Origin: Octopus sinensis
Lineage: Eukaryota
NCBI RefSeq assembly: GCF_006345805.1
Contig: NC_042998.1
Span: 83,452,001-83,516,000, forward strand
Reading direction: 5' to 3'
DNA: 64,000 nt
Every line of letters starts with the position of its first letter. Within the stretch, counting starts at the first letter, position 1. Under the pieces are notes generated by a model that saw only the letters and a list, made by a program, of their open reading frames with translations, searched no databases and was not told the DNA's origin. The translations under genes and the position numbers were made by a program. Positions 52,001 to 60,440 of this stretch are shown here, piece by piece.

Positions 52001-55000
52001 CATGATATACTAGTTAATCTTGCTTTCTAAAGATCTTGGCTGCTGAAACACAGCTGAGAGTGGATCTCATGGAGCAGTTAGTTCCCAGATCGTATCGTAC
52101 TAACACTTTATCCGGACTAGAAATATTCTCAAATTCCACTAAACAGATGATCACTTGGGGAGGAAGTTTGCCATATATCAGCTGGTGCAGCAGTGCAGAA
52201 ACCAGGGCTTGCAGGCAGGTTGCGACGCAATAGTAGTGGGCTGTCGAGGGTTTTGTGGGGCATTCATTCTGCAAAGCCTTTGATGCAACAAAGAGGGCTA
52301 TAAATTTCATTATTGAAGCTGCAAAGATAGCCTCTTGGGGACATTGAATAAAGGGCAGACCAGTGATTTGCTGCAACAGGAATGCAAACTGGGACTTCAT
52401 CAAACTTGATCAACCCGGGGTGAGTCAACTAGGCGAAGTAAATATTATGTTGAAAGACCCTACCTCCACTTCCCTTTGAAACACAAGAAACATCACTGAT
52501 GATGCATTCCAAAGCATCTGCGAGACATCTTAAAACTAACATACAAAAATATTCGAAAATATTTGCGTCGTTTAAATGAATGTCTTCAATCAAATAACAT
52601 TCTTTTTATTTATTTAGCAAAGAAATTGCCTGAAACTTCTAAAAATTCAGCGGCGAAGGAAAAAGGTAAATGAAGTACCAACAACTATAAATAATGAATA
52701 CTGTTTGAGTAAATTAGTTTACAACCTTTCGCTTCTTCAGAATTTACTTACTTGAGTTCCATTAAACAAAAGAACGTGAGGACTTCACAAGTCTGTCGTT
52801 CTATTAATAAAGGATTTATCCGTAAGAGTGTTAAAAGCGACAAATAAACTGAAAATCGTTACTGTGAAGTTCAATAACGGTGAACATGTTTTTGAATTCA
52901 GTGAAATTATTTCTCTAAATTTATTCAACCTGTATAGTACAGATATTCTGAAGTTACATGAGGTTTGTATCAAGAACTAATGGACGATAACTGGTATTTT
53001 AAGACTAGAGCAACTACTTTTAAAAATAGCAAGAGAAAATGCCAGATTTTAGAGATAGGGTATTGCAGTATGTAGTCGTTGACAACTGCGAATTTCTCCA
53101 GTCTTTTTCACGAGCTAGCGAGAAATACAAGCAGAGGCAATTTTTCCAATCTTTTTCACATGCCAGATCAAAAATGCTTTCCCCCTACTCTCAAAAATGC
53201 TGTTGAGTAAATACCTCCTTTAAAAAAAAAAAGGCTACTTAATTCTAAACCTAGTTTCCAATTCTAGTCGTCTCCACTTTTGACAAAGTTTAAACGTATT
53301 TCAATGATTTTATAGATGGCCCATTTTACAAATTAAGATATGCAGTTATTCCTGAACTGCTTCTACGAAGATAAACGTCACGATAGCTTAATCTTGTTTC
53401 CCAAAAAATCTTAAATACATTTAAAGTATAACGGAATAACATTTTTAAACAATTTGTTTTAAGCTAAGAAAACTGAAGCTCCAGCTAAGGTTTCATCAGT
53501 GAAGAAAAAACGTGAGTAATTTTACAAAATCAAATGTTATGACCTTTCGATTTTAATGAGTATGCAGCTAGTTTTCAATTCCAATCAACAAAAACACAAA
53601 ACCTCACAACAGACTTTTTTCCCTTAATTCCTTTCTTTAATGAATTTAATAAAGGTTAAAAGCAACAATCAAAGTTTACTTTCCTAACATTCTGGTCAAA
53701 TATTGATTTCAAATTCTGGCACAAAGCCAGCAATTTCGGGGCAAGTCGATTACGTTGACCCAATATTTACCTGGTACTCAGAGATCCCAAAAGAATGAAA
53801 GGCAAAGTCGATCCCGGCGGAATTTGAACTCAGAACTCGACGAAATGCTAAGTATTTTCATTGGTGTGTTAACGATTCTGCTCGCTGCCTAATTGTCAAA
53901 TTATTGAAAATAATAAATAGTACAGATGTTGCAGTGGCACTAATTAAAACGAAATTTCTATTTGAAGAATTTTTTTCATTAACGTGAAATGTTTGAAGAT
54001 ACGTTGTCGAGATTGTATGCGCTGTAAAATATTCTTGAATGTCTTCTGATGTCTTAGCGTTGTACATTGTGAAAATCACTCAAAGAAGTAAAATGGCAAA
54101 TTCTTGAATTTTACTTATAAAAACATTTTCTATCTCCAAAGTTTGAAATACAACAGAAATCCAGCATTTTGGGGTCTGAACTTGAAAATGAGATCCAAGC
54201 CGTTTCAAGTCTTTCTAAATGAAGTTCTCTCATTGTTATGCAGGATTACAATTAAAGAAATGTTATTGTAACAGTAACTAAAATGAATATTTTTCCAGCA
54301 AAAATATTTTTCACACTTTTTACACACTTCAGCAATTATTTTTGTTCATTTTCATTGTATGTCAAACCTACATTAAATCTTTGTTCTGAGAGTATGTGCT
54401 AAGGTGCCAAAGAAAAGTTCTGACTGCGCCTGAGGTGTGATGGCTAACACGGTTCCGAATACACATACAGACGCAACATCTGACGAAGTGTTTCCCACCG
54501 CATCTACGGTTGTAGTGGTTAGCTATGCGATTACGATGTCACACCGGCTGTGACAGCCTAATTGAAATTGCGATACTTCTATTCTCCAGTCATACATCAC
54601 TCATGATCTTGTATACAGGCTTTATATATATACAGTCATTTGGCTGCAGCCATGCTGGGGCACCGCTTTGAATTTTAGTCGAACAAATCGACCCGGGACT
54701 TTTGAAAGCTTCGTATTTTATCGATCTTTTTGCCGAACCGCTAAGTTACGAGGGCTTAGACGCACCAATACCGGTTGTCAAGCGATGATGGACACACGGA
54801 CATACACAGATACGACGGGCTTTCAATTTCCGTCCACCAAATCCACTCACAAGGCTTTGGTCGACTAGAGGCTATAGTAGACATTTGCCCAAGATACCAC
54901 GCAGTGGGACTGAAAATGAAACCATATGGTTGAGAAGGAAGCTTATCACACAGCCATATGTAAATATACTGCATGAAGAGTAGAACTGATGCTCCCCACT

Positions 55001-58000
55001 CAGTCCCCACCTCCTCTTTTTTTTTGAAAATGCAATAGTTTGCGTGCTCCATAATTCTATGCCTTGATGTTGGACAACTTCAAACTTTTAAACCATCGAA
55101 TTAAGCATAGCAATTTCCTTTTTTTTTTTTTCCAACTCTCACAGCCCTATTTAGGAGTGCTTATCCCACTGTTATGAGAAATACTGTGAGTAAAAAAACC
55201 TCATTGAGCAGTATTTCCTTTGATTTTTTGCTAGGCGTGTTCTAATTTTCTCTTTACAAAGTATGTACGCTTCTTTGTGAGCAACCATCTTCAATTAAGA
55301 ATGTTCGATTGCATCTTAAGCTTCGTGTGTGCATATTTCCTTTGTTCTCTAATTAAGGTAGTGCATTGCTGTTGACTTTAACTCACATAGTCTTAAGCTT
55401 AGTTTCGAATTCCTATGTTGAGTCCCGCCCCCTCTCTTCAGTTCGCGAATCAATAACAGATACTTATCAAGTTCTCTCCTAACCTCAAATGATTCCCTTC
55501 GATTCAATTAAAACTAAATACCCCGTTTCAACTGTATTGATCATAGCGTATTGATTATATTGGTTTTATCTTCTAAAGACTATAGATAACTATAATATTA
55601 GAAATTTTAACTTTTAGCCGCTGATTCTTCTTCAAAGACTGCAAAAACTAAGAAAAAGGGTAAGTAAAGATCAATTTCTAACAAAATCAAATTTAACGTG
55701 TCTGAAACTTTTTTTTCATGGCGTTATTTGAGTCTTATTGGTCAGTTTGTTACTAAGCCCTCAGCAAATTCATTCGCAGACTCTCAGCCCCTTCTGTTTA
55801 TATTTCTCACTGGTTTTGATTTTATAAAGTCTCGAGCCAGCTGTCACTCATGAACAAGTATGGCTTAGAAAGAGGTTTCACGCTTTTACTAATTCTTTGA
55901 ACTGTCTACGCTATTGCGAGCAGACAAGGGCACCCATACGGTTCTTCTGTATTGACACTTAAATATCAATAACTAGAGCTTTTTTACCAAAATCTCTTCC
56001 TGCAAATGACTGTCCGATTTATTGAAATGTTGAGATAATACTTGTTCTTCCTGAATAAATCCTTATAGCTAAAGATCATGAAGTGCAATTCAAATCCTGT
56101 CTCCTAAAGATTATAACTGCTGACATAGTTACATTTGTCTCCAAACAAGAAATTTTTACGCTACTAAAAATACTGAAACTCCATCTAAAACAAACAAAAA
56201 GAAATGGGAGTCGAGATCAATTTGCAGCCAATTTTCCCCGTTAATTTAAAGCAACAAGATCGCAAGGTGGGTCATGTTCTATATTGTCTTGTCACGTTGC
56301 TTCTCACTTTATCAATATTGCAGAACGATTACTGTTCTGAAGCTACCAATAGAAGGGGTGAAGAAGACCGACCATCTGAGGCGACACTTTTATGCAGGGT
56401 AACACTCGTATATCTACAGTGTAAACCTGTACAGGGTTCGGGGCCTAGCTGTGGCGGCAATCTCAAGGTCTACCCATGCAGTACTTTTACTACGCTACTA
56501 GTTGCAAAGGACATAGTGATAAGTTTCCCAAAAAGAGAAACTGCTTTTCCATTCAATCGAAATTTTATTTCTAGATGCTATTTAGGTGATTATTTCTAGA
56601 TACTCAATGCTAGATATTTTTGATTTTTACCTAGAAATAATTTCCTTTCCAGAATTACCAACAAATGAGAAAACGAAAATGGCTCCTAAATTCCCTGAGA
56701 GTAATATTACTTTTTTATATTTAATTTATATTTCGTAGAGTAAGCATAGCAAACTCAATATAATCAATTAGAAGCTGGTCTTTTGTTCAATAACAAGTTT
56801 TTCTACAACATAAGGTGGGCAGACAAATCGGCAATTGTTTGTGATGGTTTTAGATGCTCTGCACTAATCATTACGATTCGTTGTGTTGAAATCCCTCAGA
56901 AGTCAACTTTGCCTATCGTTCCTTCAAGGTTGATAAAATACCCGTCAAGTACTGAGATCGATATAGAGTAGATAACCCACTTGTCCCACAAATTTCAGAT
57001 CTCGTGCCAAAGAAATCATGGCAGAACTCAGTATCTGTAAAAATTTATTGCAATATGTTTTACGCTCAAACTCTCACCGAAGTAGTTTATCATTTTGAAG
57101 CCGATAGTACTAATCTAAAACAGGCTGCGAACAGGTCTGACACTGCCATTTTGGACCACTCGTTTAGCGTCGCTGATTTGACGCTGCCTTGCTTGCTATG
57201 TATTGTCACCGGGACATCATGGCACCGTAAAAACTTACTACTCTAGTTAACAACTAACTTATAATCACTTCTAAACTTTTAGCTTCCTGCTCCACATGTG
57301 AGATTGCTGGTGAAATAGTGATGAAATGTGGAAAACAATTTTCTTACAATGGGTTTCTGCAGGTTTTTGACAAAGTAGAACCGAGTTAATTTAAATTTTA
57401 ACGCTGTGAGCAGAAAAATTAAAGAGAAACAAGATTTATTAGATAACACCTATTACCACAAACACTTCTCCATCTTGCCTCTTTGTATTTCTGTACGTGC
57501 GTGTGTGTATTTGCTTCTGTCACTAAAAGAAGCCATTACCAAAATGGATTCGGTGTCCACTCCGCCGTACAAAATAGCCAGCGTCTAAACAGCCGCACTA
57601 CATCGTTTCATTCGGGAGGTTTGCTTTAAGGGGAAATCTAACGTAAATTCGAACAAAACTTTAATCTTTGCTTCTAATTTGTAATTTTTTCACATGCTAC
57701 GCCGCGGCACATCAGCAAATAGATTCCAGTCTTTTTGCAAATAAGCCATAGACCAGCGATTAACTTTGTTTGGAGATTATCCGGGTACTTGGTATTAATA
57801 CGTTACAATTGACAAAATATCGATATCTATCATTTTCAGGGATTCCGAGGTGAGTTGTCTCGGCTGGTCAGTGACATTCAGGTGTTCTTTAACACTCGGC
57901 GTCAGTTGAGGAGCTTTCCTTGAACGCTATACCGCAGCAAATTTGACTAAAATATATACACTATGTAAGTGCGACCAATAATGTTCACATTACTTGAACG

Positions 58001-58195
58001 GTTTTTAATTCGGGACTTAAATTTAATATTTCAGAAACCAAGAAATACAAATGGCAATGTTATGGCCCATGTCAAAACGAGGCTCCAATGTTTGGTCGTG
58101 TAGAACGTTTAATTAACAGACCACCAAATACAAGAGAAAAATGGTTTTTGCTTCACGAAAAAAATTGTGGAGGAAGTTTCGTTAGGCTCGATTAA
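23578..58195 (+). CDS. SPRTN: Spliced gene: divergent SPRTN/Spartan-like SprT metalloprotease with a microexon-encoded linker and a second C-terminal SPRTN-type zinc-binding domain (about 550 aa minimum from the confident exons)
   Basis: Manual joining of GT-AG exons gives one open frame. N-terminus: MPVNINRKDFSSRKGLIEKEANLLLHQLFTIYDEKYFYCKLTGNVRISWSKRMTS/CAGCTLQPDVDRICNISLSRPLLELRPLEDLLETLL/HEMIHAYLWVTKEN/EHQEHGPKFHAEKKRIEKRSGMKLE/IFHEFHSECHHLQTHVWKCNGPC...HANICGGTFVKVKEP. This is colinear with the SPRTN SprT domain (WSxRMTxCAG, LSxPLLxLRP, LLHEMIHAYL, HGPxF, WxCxGPC, HxxxCGG). Probably a paralog rather than the canonical ortholog. Confidence 0.88.
26311..26419 (+). CDS. SPRTN: SPRTN-like exon 2 (CAGCTLQPDVDRICNISLSRPLLELRPLEDLLETLL)
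   Basis: ttttaataag|A...CTG|gtaaat; 109 nt, phase 2 to 0; matches SPRTN CAG...LSEPLLKLRPRKDLVETLL. Confidence 0.94.
27337..27378 (+). CDS. SPRTN: SPRTN-like exon 3, HEXXH active site (HEMIHAYLWVTKEN)
   Basis: tttttcag|CAC GAA ATG ATC CAT GCT TAT...AAT|gtaagt; 42 nt, phase 0 to 0. Confidence 0.95.
29303..29377 (+). CDS. SPRTN: SPRTN-like exon 4, third Zn ligand (EHQEHGPKFHAEKKRIEKRSGMKLE)
   Basis: tttctttgcag|GAG...GAA|gtgatt; 75 nt, phase 0 to 0; matches SPRTN GHGPEF..HM.RIN..G..I. Confidence 0.92.
30706..30916 (+). CDS. SPRTN: SPRTN-like exon 5, zinc-binding domain ZBD1 (IFHEFH...WKCNGPC...NRPPSNKEKWFRIHANICGGTFVKVKEPSEKKF)
   Basis: ttcttctaaaacag|ATT...TTT G|gtaatt; 211 nt, phase 0 to 1; CxGPC and HxxxCGG Zn ligands intact. 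Confidence 0.95.
33080..33280 (-). mobile_element. SINE family B copy (others at about 2025-2198, 2843-2995, 13385-13595, 19180-19400, 25415-25570, 28530-28665, 30960-31355, 53715-53890, 56880-57010)
   Basis: Shared core gagttcaaattccgccgaggtcgactttgcctttcatcctttcggggtcgataaa and tail ggccttgtgcc; boundaries approximate. Confidence 0.75.
34172..34310. repeat. Short foldback (about 55-bp arms, about 30-bp loop), intronic
   Basis: acgaattggtttttaacggtagaac...cgcgtaa versus the reverse complement of tgacgcg...gttctaccgttaaaaatcatttcgt. Confidence 0.7.
36075..36700. mobile_element. piggyBac-like MITE (TTAA TSD, CCCTT terminus)
   Basis: TTAA|cccttctagggccggtgggg ... ccccgccggcccacgaagga|TTAA. 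Confidence 0.7.
36429..36584. mobile_element. Tigger/pogo-like MITE nested in the piggyBac MITE, with (TA)n at its centre
   Basis: TA|cagtaggacctcggttttcgaaca ... tgttcgaaaatcgaggtattactg|TA. Confidence 0.65.
37841..38216. repeat. 15-bp minisatellite, about 25 copies (CTATTAAATGTTAGC/T)
   Basis: Read directly; explains ORF 37831-38088 (NVSLL)n. Confidence 0.97.
39039..39113 (+). CDS. Candidate linker exon (DLFFTSIEHSGQSLKFCKVEQDFSG)
   Basis: catttccag|AT...GGA T|gtaagt; 75 nt, symmetric phase 1, open frame; no homology support. Confidence 0.45.
39868..39978 (+). CDS. Linker exon, acidic Ser/Asp-rich (AMKKPASSSESDFSSDSDDMILNCYSWSSYSDSFSDS)
   Basis: ttctcttaaag|CT...TCA G|gtgagc; 111 nt, symmetric phase 1. 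Confidence 0.8.
40045..40375 (-). mobile_element. SINE family A copy, intronic (others at about 18545-18770, 20755-21015, 28800-29120, 35480-35745, 51180-51480, 54630-54960)
   Basis: Shared core and tail motifs; boundaries approximate. Confidence 0.7.
41296..41319 (+). CDS. Linker microexon, 24 nt (DFSTDEES)
   Basis: ttttttttatttcag|AT...TCA G|gtgagc; symmetric phase 1. Confidence 0.8.
42223..42270 (+). CDS. Candidate linker exon, 48 nt (DNFASNEKTEMKAPKT)
   Basis: ttctaaactag|AT...ACC A|gttact; symmetric phase 1; peptide and length resemble exon 56653-56700 (NEKTKMAPK); weak donor. Confidence 0.45.
42786..42818 (+). CDS. Linker microexon, 33 nt (AKSVKPRMENK)
   Basis: ttactttcag|CT...AAA T|gtgagt; symmetric phase 1. 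Confidence 0.78.
42932..42985 (+). pseudogene. Dead type-B linker exon (open frame, donor lost)
   Basis: Paralog of 44085-44141; acceptor cctag intact, donor position reads ATTACT. Confidence 0.6.
43209..43253 (+). CDS. Type-A linker exon, 45 nt (AKSTAQVTPVKENR)
   Basis: ttctttttag|CT...CGA T|gtaagt; symmetric phase 1. Confidence 0.78.
43301..43357 (+). pseudogene. Dead type-B linker exon (two in-frame TAA, GC donor)
   Basis: CT AAA ACC GTT TAA...AGA TAA GAT AAA C|gcgagt. Confidence 0.62.
43557..43610 (+). CDS. Type-A linker exon, 54 nt (LKTTAQVKVVTPPKENR)
   Basis: ttctttttag|CT...CGA T|gtaagt; symmetric phase 1. Confidence 0.78.
43679..43735 (+). pseudogene. Dead type-B linker exon (open frame, donor GA)
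   Basis: tttcaag|TT AAA ACC GTT TTA...GAT AAA C|gagagt. Confidence 0.6.
43950..44003 (+). CDS. Type-A linker exon, 54 nt (TKSSTPLKPVTLPNENR)
   Basis: cctttttag|CT...CGA T|gtaagt; symmetric phase 1. Confidence 0.78.
44085..44141 (+). CDS. Type-B linker exon, 57 nt (KTASTQDVLLTPPPTENK)
   Basis: ttttttttccag|CT...AAA C|gtgagt; symmetric phase 1. Confidence 0.8.
45139..45182 (+). CDS. Type-C linker exon candidate, 44 nt as assembled (AKFTVTISPLEKKK)
   Basis: tttctttag|TT...|gtgagt with good sites, but it ends in an A9 run and is 1 nt off symmetric; 3' end resembles 50352-50405. Confidence 0.4.
45279..45323 (+). CDS. A/B hybrid linker exon, 45 nt (TKMRVLFKSSTESK)
   Basis: tcttctag|AT...AAA C|gtgagt; symmetric phase 1. 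Confidence 0.7.
46543..46596 (+). other. Type-A exon with lost donor (TTAAGA): dead, or read through into the next exon
   Basis: Acceptor intact; frame stays open across the following 81-nt ex-intron to 46734. Confidence 0.55.
46678..46734 (+). CDS. Type-B linker exon, 57 nt (KTASTRDALVIPPPTENK)
   Basis: ttttttctag|TT...AAA C|gttagt; symmetric phase 1. Confidence 0.72.
47333..50331. repeat. 3-kb intronic satellite: about 26 x 22-bp unit, then about 147 x 16-bp unit (TTCTTTCTCTTTAAAG)
   Basis: Read directly; copy numbers estimated from length divided by unit. Confidence 0.97.
50352..50405 (+). CDS. Type-C linker exon, 54 nt (TGVRTVEAETSLPLDKK)
   Basis: ttctttttcag|TT...AAA A|gtaaat; symmetric phase 1. 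Confidence 0.72.
50500..50553 (+). CDS. Type-A linker exon, 54 nt (TKSTTRDKPATLLTKNT)
   Basis: ttcttttag|CC...ACA T|gtaaga; symmetric phase 1. Confidence 0.75.
50635..50690 (+). pseudogene. Degenerate type-B exon (no phase-1 donor found; 3' end approximate)
   Basis: ttttttccag|CTAAATTC..., exactly 81 nt after the type-A donor, as in the other units. Confidence 0.45.
51528..51584 (+). CDS. Linker exon, 57 nt (AETPVTAAQIPLPSTNKE)
   Basis: tttctatttag|CG...GAA A|gtaaat; symmetric phase 1. Confidence 0.75.
51710..51763 (+). CDS. Linker exon, 54 or 60 nt (SKATATRTKSVSPPPTK)
   Basis: cttttttag|CG...AAA A|gtaaaa; second in-frame donor 6 nt downstream (end 51769). Confidence 0.7.
52030..52545 (+). 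mobile_element. Degenerate 3' end of a Hero/R2-superfamily REL non-LTR element, intronic
   Basis: QLRVDL..QL, STKQMI, RK...Y.LVQQCR.QG...C.AIVVGCRGF, followed by a Hero-like 3' UTR (tgttgaaagaccc..gaaacac..catcactgatgatg). Confidence 0.65.
52618..52665 (+). CDS. Linker exon, 48 nt (KKLPETSKNSAAKEK)
   Basis: tttatttatttag|CA...AAA G|gtaaat; symmetric phase 1. Confidence 0.77.
53464..53511 (+). CDS. Linker exon, 48 nt (KKTEAPAKVSSVKKK)
   Basis: tttgttttaag|CT...AAA C|gtgagt; symmetric phase 1. Confidence 0.78.
55618..55659 (+). CDS. Linker exon, 42 nt (ADSSSKTAKTKKK)
   Basis: aacttttag|CC...AAG G|gtaagt; symmetric phase 1. Confidence 0.8.
56161..56205 (+). pseudogene. Dead linker exon (TKNTETPSKTNKKK); both splice sites mutated
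   Basis: tttttacg|CT...AAA T|gggagt; open K/T/P-rich frame like its neighbours. Confidence 0.55.
56653..56700 (+). CDS. Linker exon, 48 nt (LPTNEKTKMAPKFPE)
   Basis: tttcctttccag|AA...GAG A|gtaata; symmetric phase 1. Confidence 0.68.
57840..57849 (+). other. 10-nt microexon candidate (GGATTCCGAG)
   Basis: ctatcattttcag|GGATTCCGAG|gtgagt; strong sites, but length is not a multiple of 3. Confidence 0.45.
58035..58195 (+). CDS. SPRTN: Terminal coding exon: second SPRTN-type ZBD (TKKYKWQCYGPCQNEAPMFGRVERLINRPPNTREKWFLLHEKNCGGSFVRLD*)
   Basis: aatatttcag|AA..., phase 1; CxGPC and HxxxCGG intact; TAA at 58193-58195; donor g|gtaagt 4 nt after the stop. Confidence 0.9.
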
Positions 58196-59461
58196 ACCGG
58201 TAAGTTTAAACTGAACGCTTTTAGTGTGTGTGTGCGTGTGTTTAATGAGCTACTTTCCATAAGTAGTTATTTACAGCTGTTCAACACTAGGTTAGTTTTG
58301 ATTGATCAAAAGCCTTCCAACCGTGATCGTTCCATCTATTTCAGCTACGGCTACATTATTTTACCTTTTCTAAGACGGGATGATTTAAAAGAATTTGGAT
58401 CTTTTTCGTTTGACGTACAAAGCGATATTTTTGAAAATATCTACATAATATACTTTTGTATTTTAATTACGAAAAATTTTTTTTGAGGCCTTTTTGTAGC
58501 AAGCATTCAGGATAGATTTCTAGTTCGAGAATCCTTTTTCCTCCTTCCCACCAGTCTTAGAGACTAAGTAATGCGTCATGGATACTGTCTTCCTTATCTC
58601 TAAAAAGATGAAAAAAATAGAACTCTTTCTGGTGTAGCTTTACTCGATGGGCTACACAGCTCAGTCGTAAGGAGTCCCTCCAGGTCGAGCTGCTGCATCT
58701 CCATATTAAAAGCTCGGGTACATTGAACACGTGTTCAGAATGTCACAGGAAATAATCGTAAGACAGATTCTTCAAGCCAACTCTCAGGAGAGCCAAGGAG
58801 TGACAAAGAACGAGATAGCTAGATAATATCCATAGTTTTCGTTGGTCACACTTGAGCATCTAGCCAGAAATCAGTTGCTTCTGATAGGACCAGGCTTTTG
58901 AAAACTTTATCCCAACATTATCATAGGAATACTGGGCGGGAAAAATTGCTAAATGGGCAGAATTTTAACTTAAAATTGTAATTGCATGCGCGCAATTGTA
59001 GACATTTAATGTTGTCCGAGTTACAAAAATTTGATTTCAATCCTTAACTATTCTTGGAATTTGCTTTCTATACACATTGATCGAGTGGCTTATTTTTGGA
59101 TCAGCTGACAGTTGGAGTTAACTTGGTTGGGATTTTTTTGGCTACAAGTGGAGGAAAGGAATATACAGCCAAGTTTTGAGTACTTTTAGCCCCATTTGTG
59201 TACGTGTGCTAGCGAGAACATGAGTGCAAAACAGTGGAAAAGTAAAGTGAACCTTAGCTGCATTCATGCTGAAAATTTTCATGTTCATTCCAACTTCCAC
59301 GTAACAGATCGGATCGGTTACATGAAAGTCACTCCCCGCCACCGGCTTCTTTTTCTCTGTATAACTGTTACTCACTTGAAGACCAATAATTCAATCAGAC
59401 CAGTTTTTCTCCATGTTTAAAATTATTTGAAAGGTTTTTTTGTTTTTTTTTTTTCTTCCAG

Positions 59462-59990
59462 GTTTCACATTTCGCCCATTTTCATTATTCTGAATCGAAG
59501 CCTCAAATTTCAGCATCCGTTAAAGACTCGCGAGATAGGTTTTAAACTACTTTTCTTCGGAATTGTTTCGAAATCCTTTTAGATTTGTGAAATCTAAAAG
59601 TTTCTAAAATGTCATTCTTGGCTTTTAAAGAACTTTTTGTTTTGTTTTTTTCGTTTTAACAATATTTCTTGTTTTGCATCTACTGTATGATTTGTTTGTT
59701 ATGACAGCGATATTTCTATATAAAGAGTTACGATTATCTATTTCATAAGATATCCAAAGCGTACCAAATTTCCCGTCAAGAATAAATTGTCTTCTGTCTT
59801 TAATTTTTTTGTTAGGAAATTTCATTAAAGCCTGAATGCTCGTTACAGTAACTAATACTACTGTTTTTATTTTTTTACAATTTCATCTGAACAGAACTAA
59901 TTTTTTTTTCTTTGTCTTCATTTGAATGAAGTCTTAATGTTTTTATATTTGTTTTAAACTTCTACAATAAAATGCGCTTTTATCTGAAAT
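59462..59990 (+). other. Putative 3' UTR exon of the SPRTN-like gene (3' end approximate)
   Basis: Long T-tract ...ttttcttccag| acceptor; AATAAA at 59781 and 59966. Confidence 0.5.
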
Positions 59991-60310
59991 CTCGCAAAAA
60001 TGTATTAAATGCTGATTGAAAATATTAAACCAAAACATTTAATCTCAAGCATCGTGTTGAGTTTTTAATTTTTATATTTAACAAGTTTACTCTGCAAATA
60101 ATTAACTAACCTAGATACTAGATAGTTGGTTGATAATTCTTTCACCGGTTCACTGATTGAATTAATATCGATTTAGACGAAGCCGAGCCAAATATGACGT
60201 ACTTGTCACTAGGACAGATGTAATGAAGTTTATCTTGGACCTATGCCTAAAGTAGTAACCCACACTCCTCTACAAAGTACACTAACAACTGGTTATGTCA
60301 TTTTGAATGT

Positions 60311-60440
60311 TTACACCTCTAGTCTCTCGGGTGACTCAAAGTTGACTATACCCCGTCTCCTCTCTCTGCTCTGAGGTGAGATGGTTCGACACCACAAATT
60401 GCCAACTTTGATGCGGGGTGGGTGTGGGGGCAGTGCTGCT
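60311..60440 (-). CDS. Possible terminal exon of a convergent minus-strand gene (unidentified)
   Basis: Minus-strand acceptor cattcattttgcttag|, GC-richer than its flanks; all three frames run 30+ codons; no family recognised. Confidence 0.25.
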
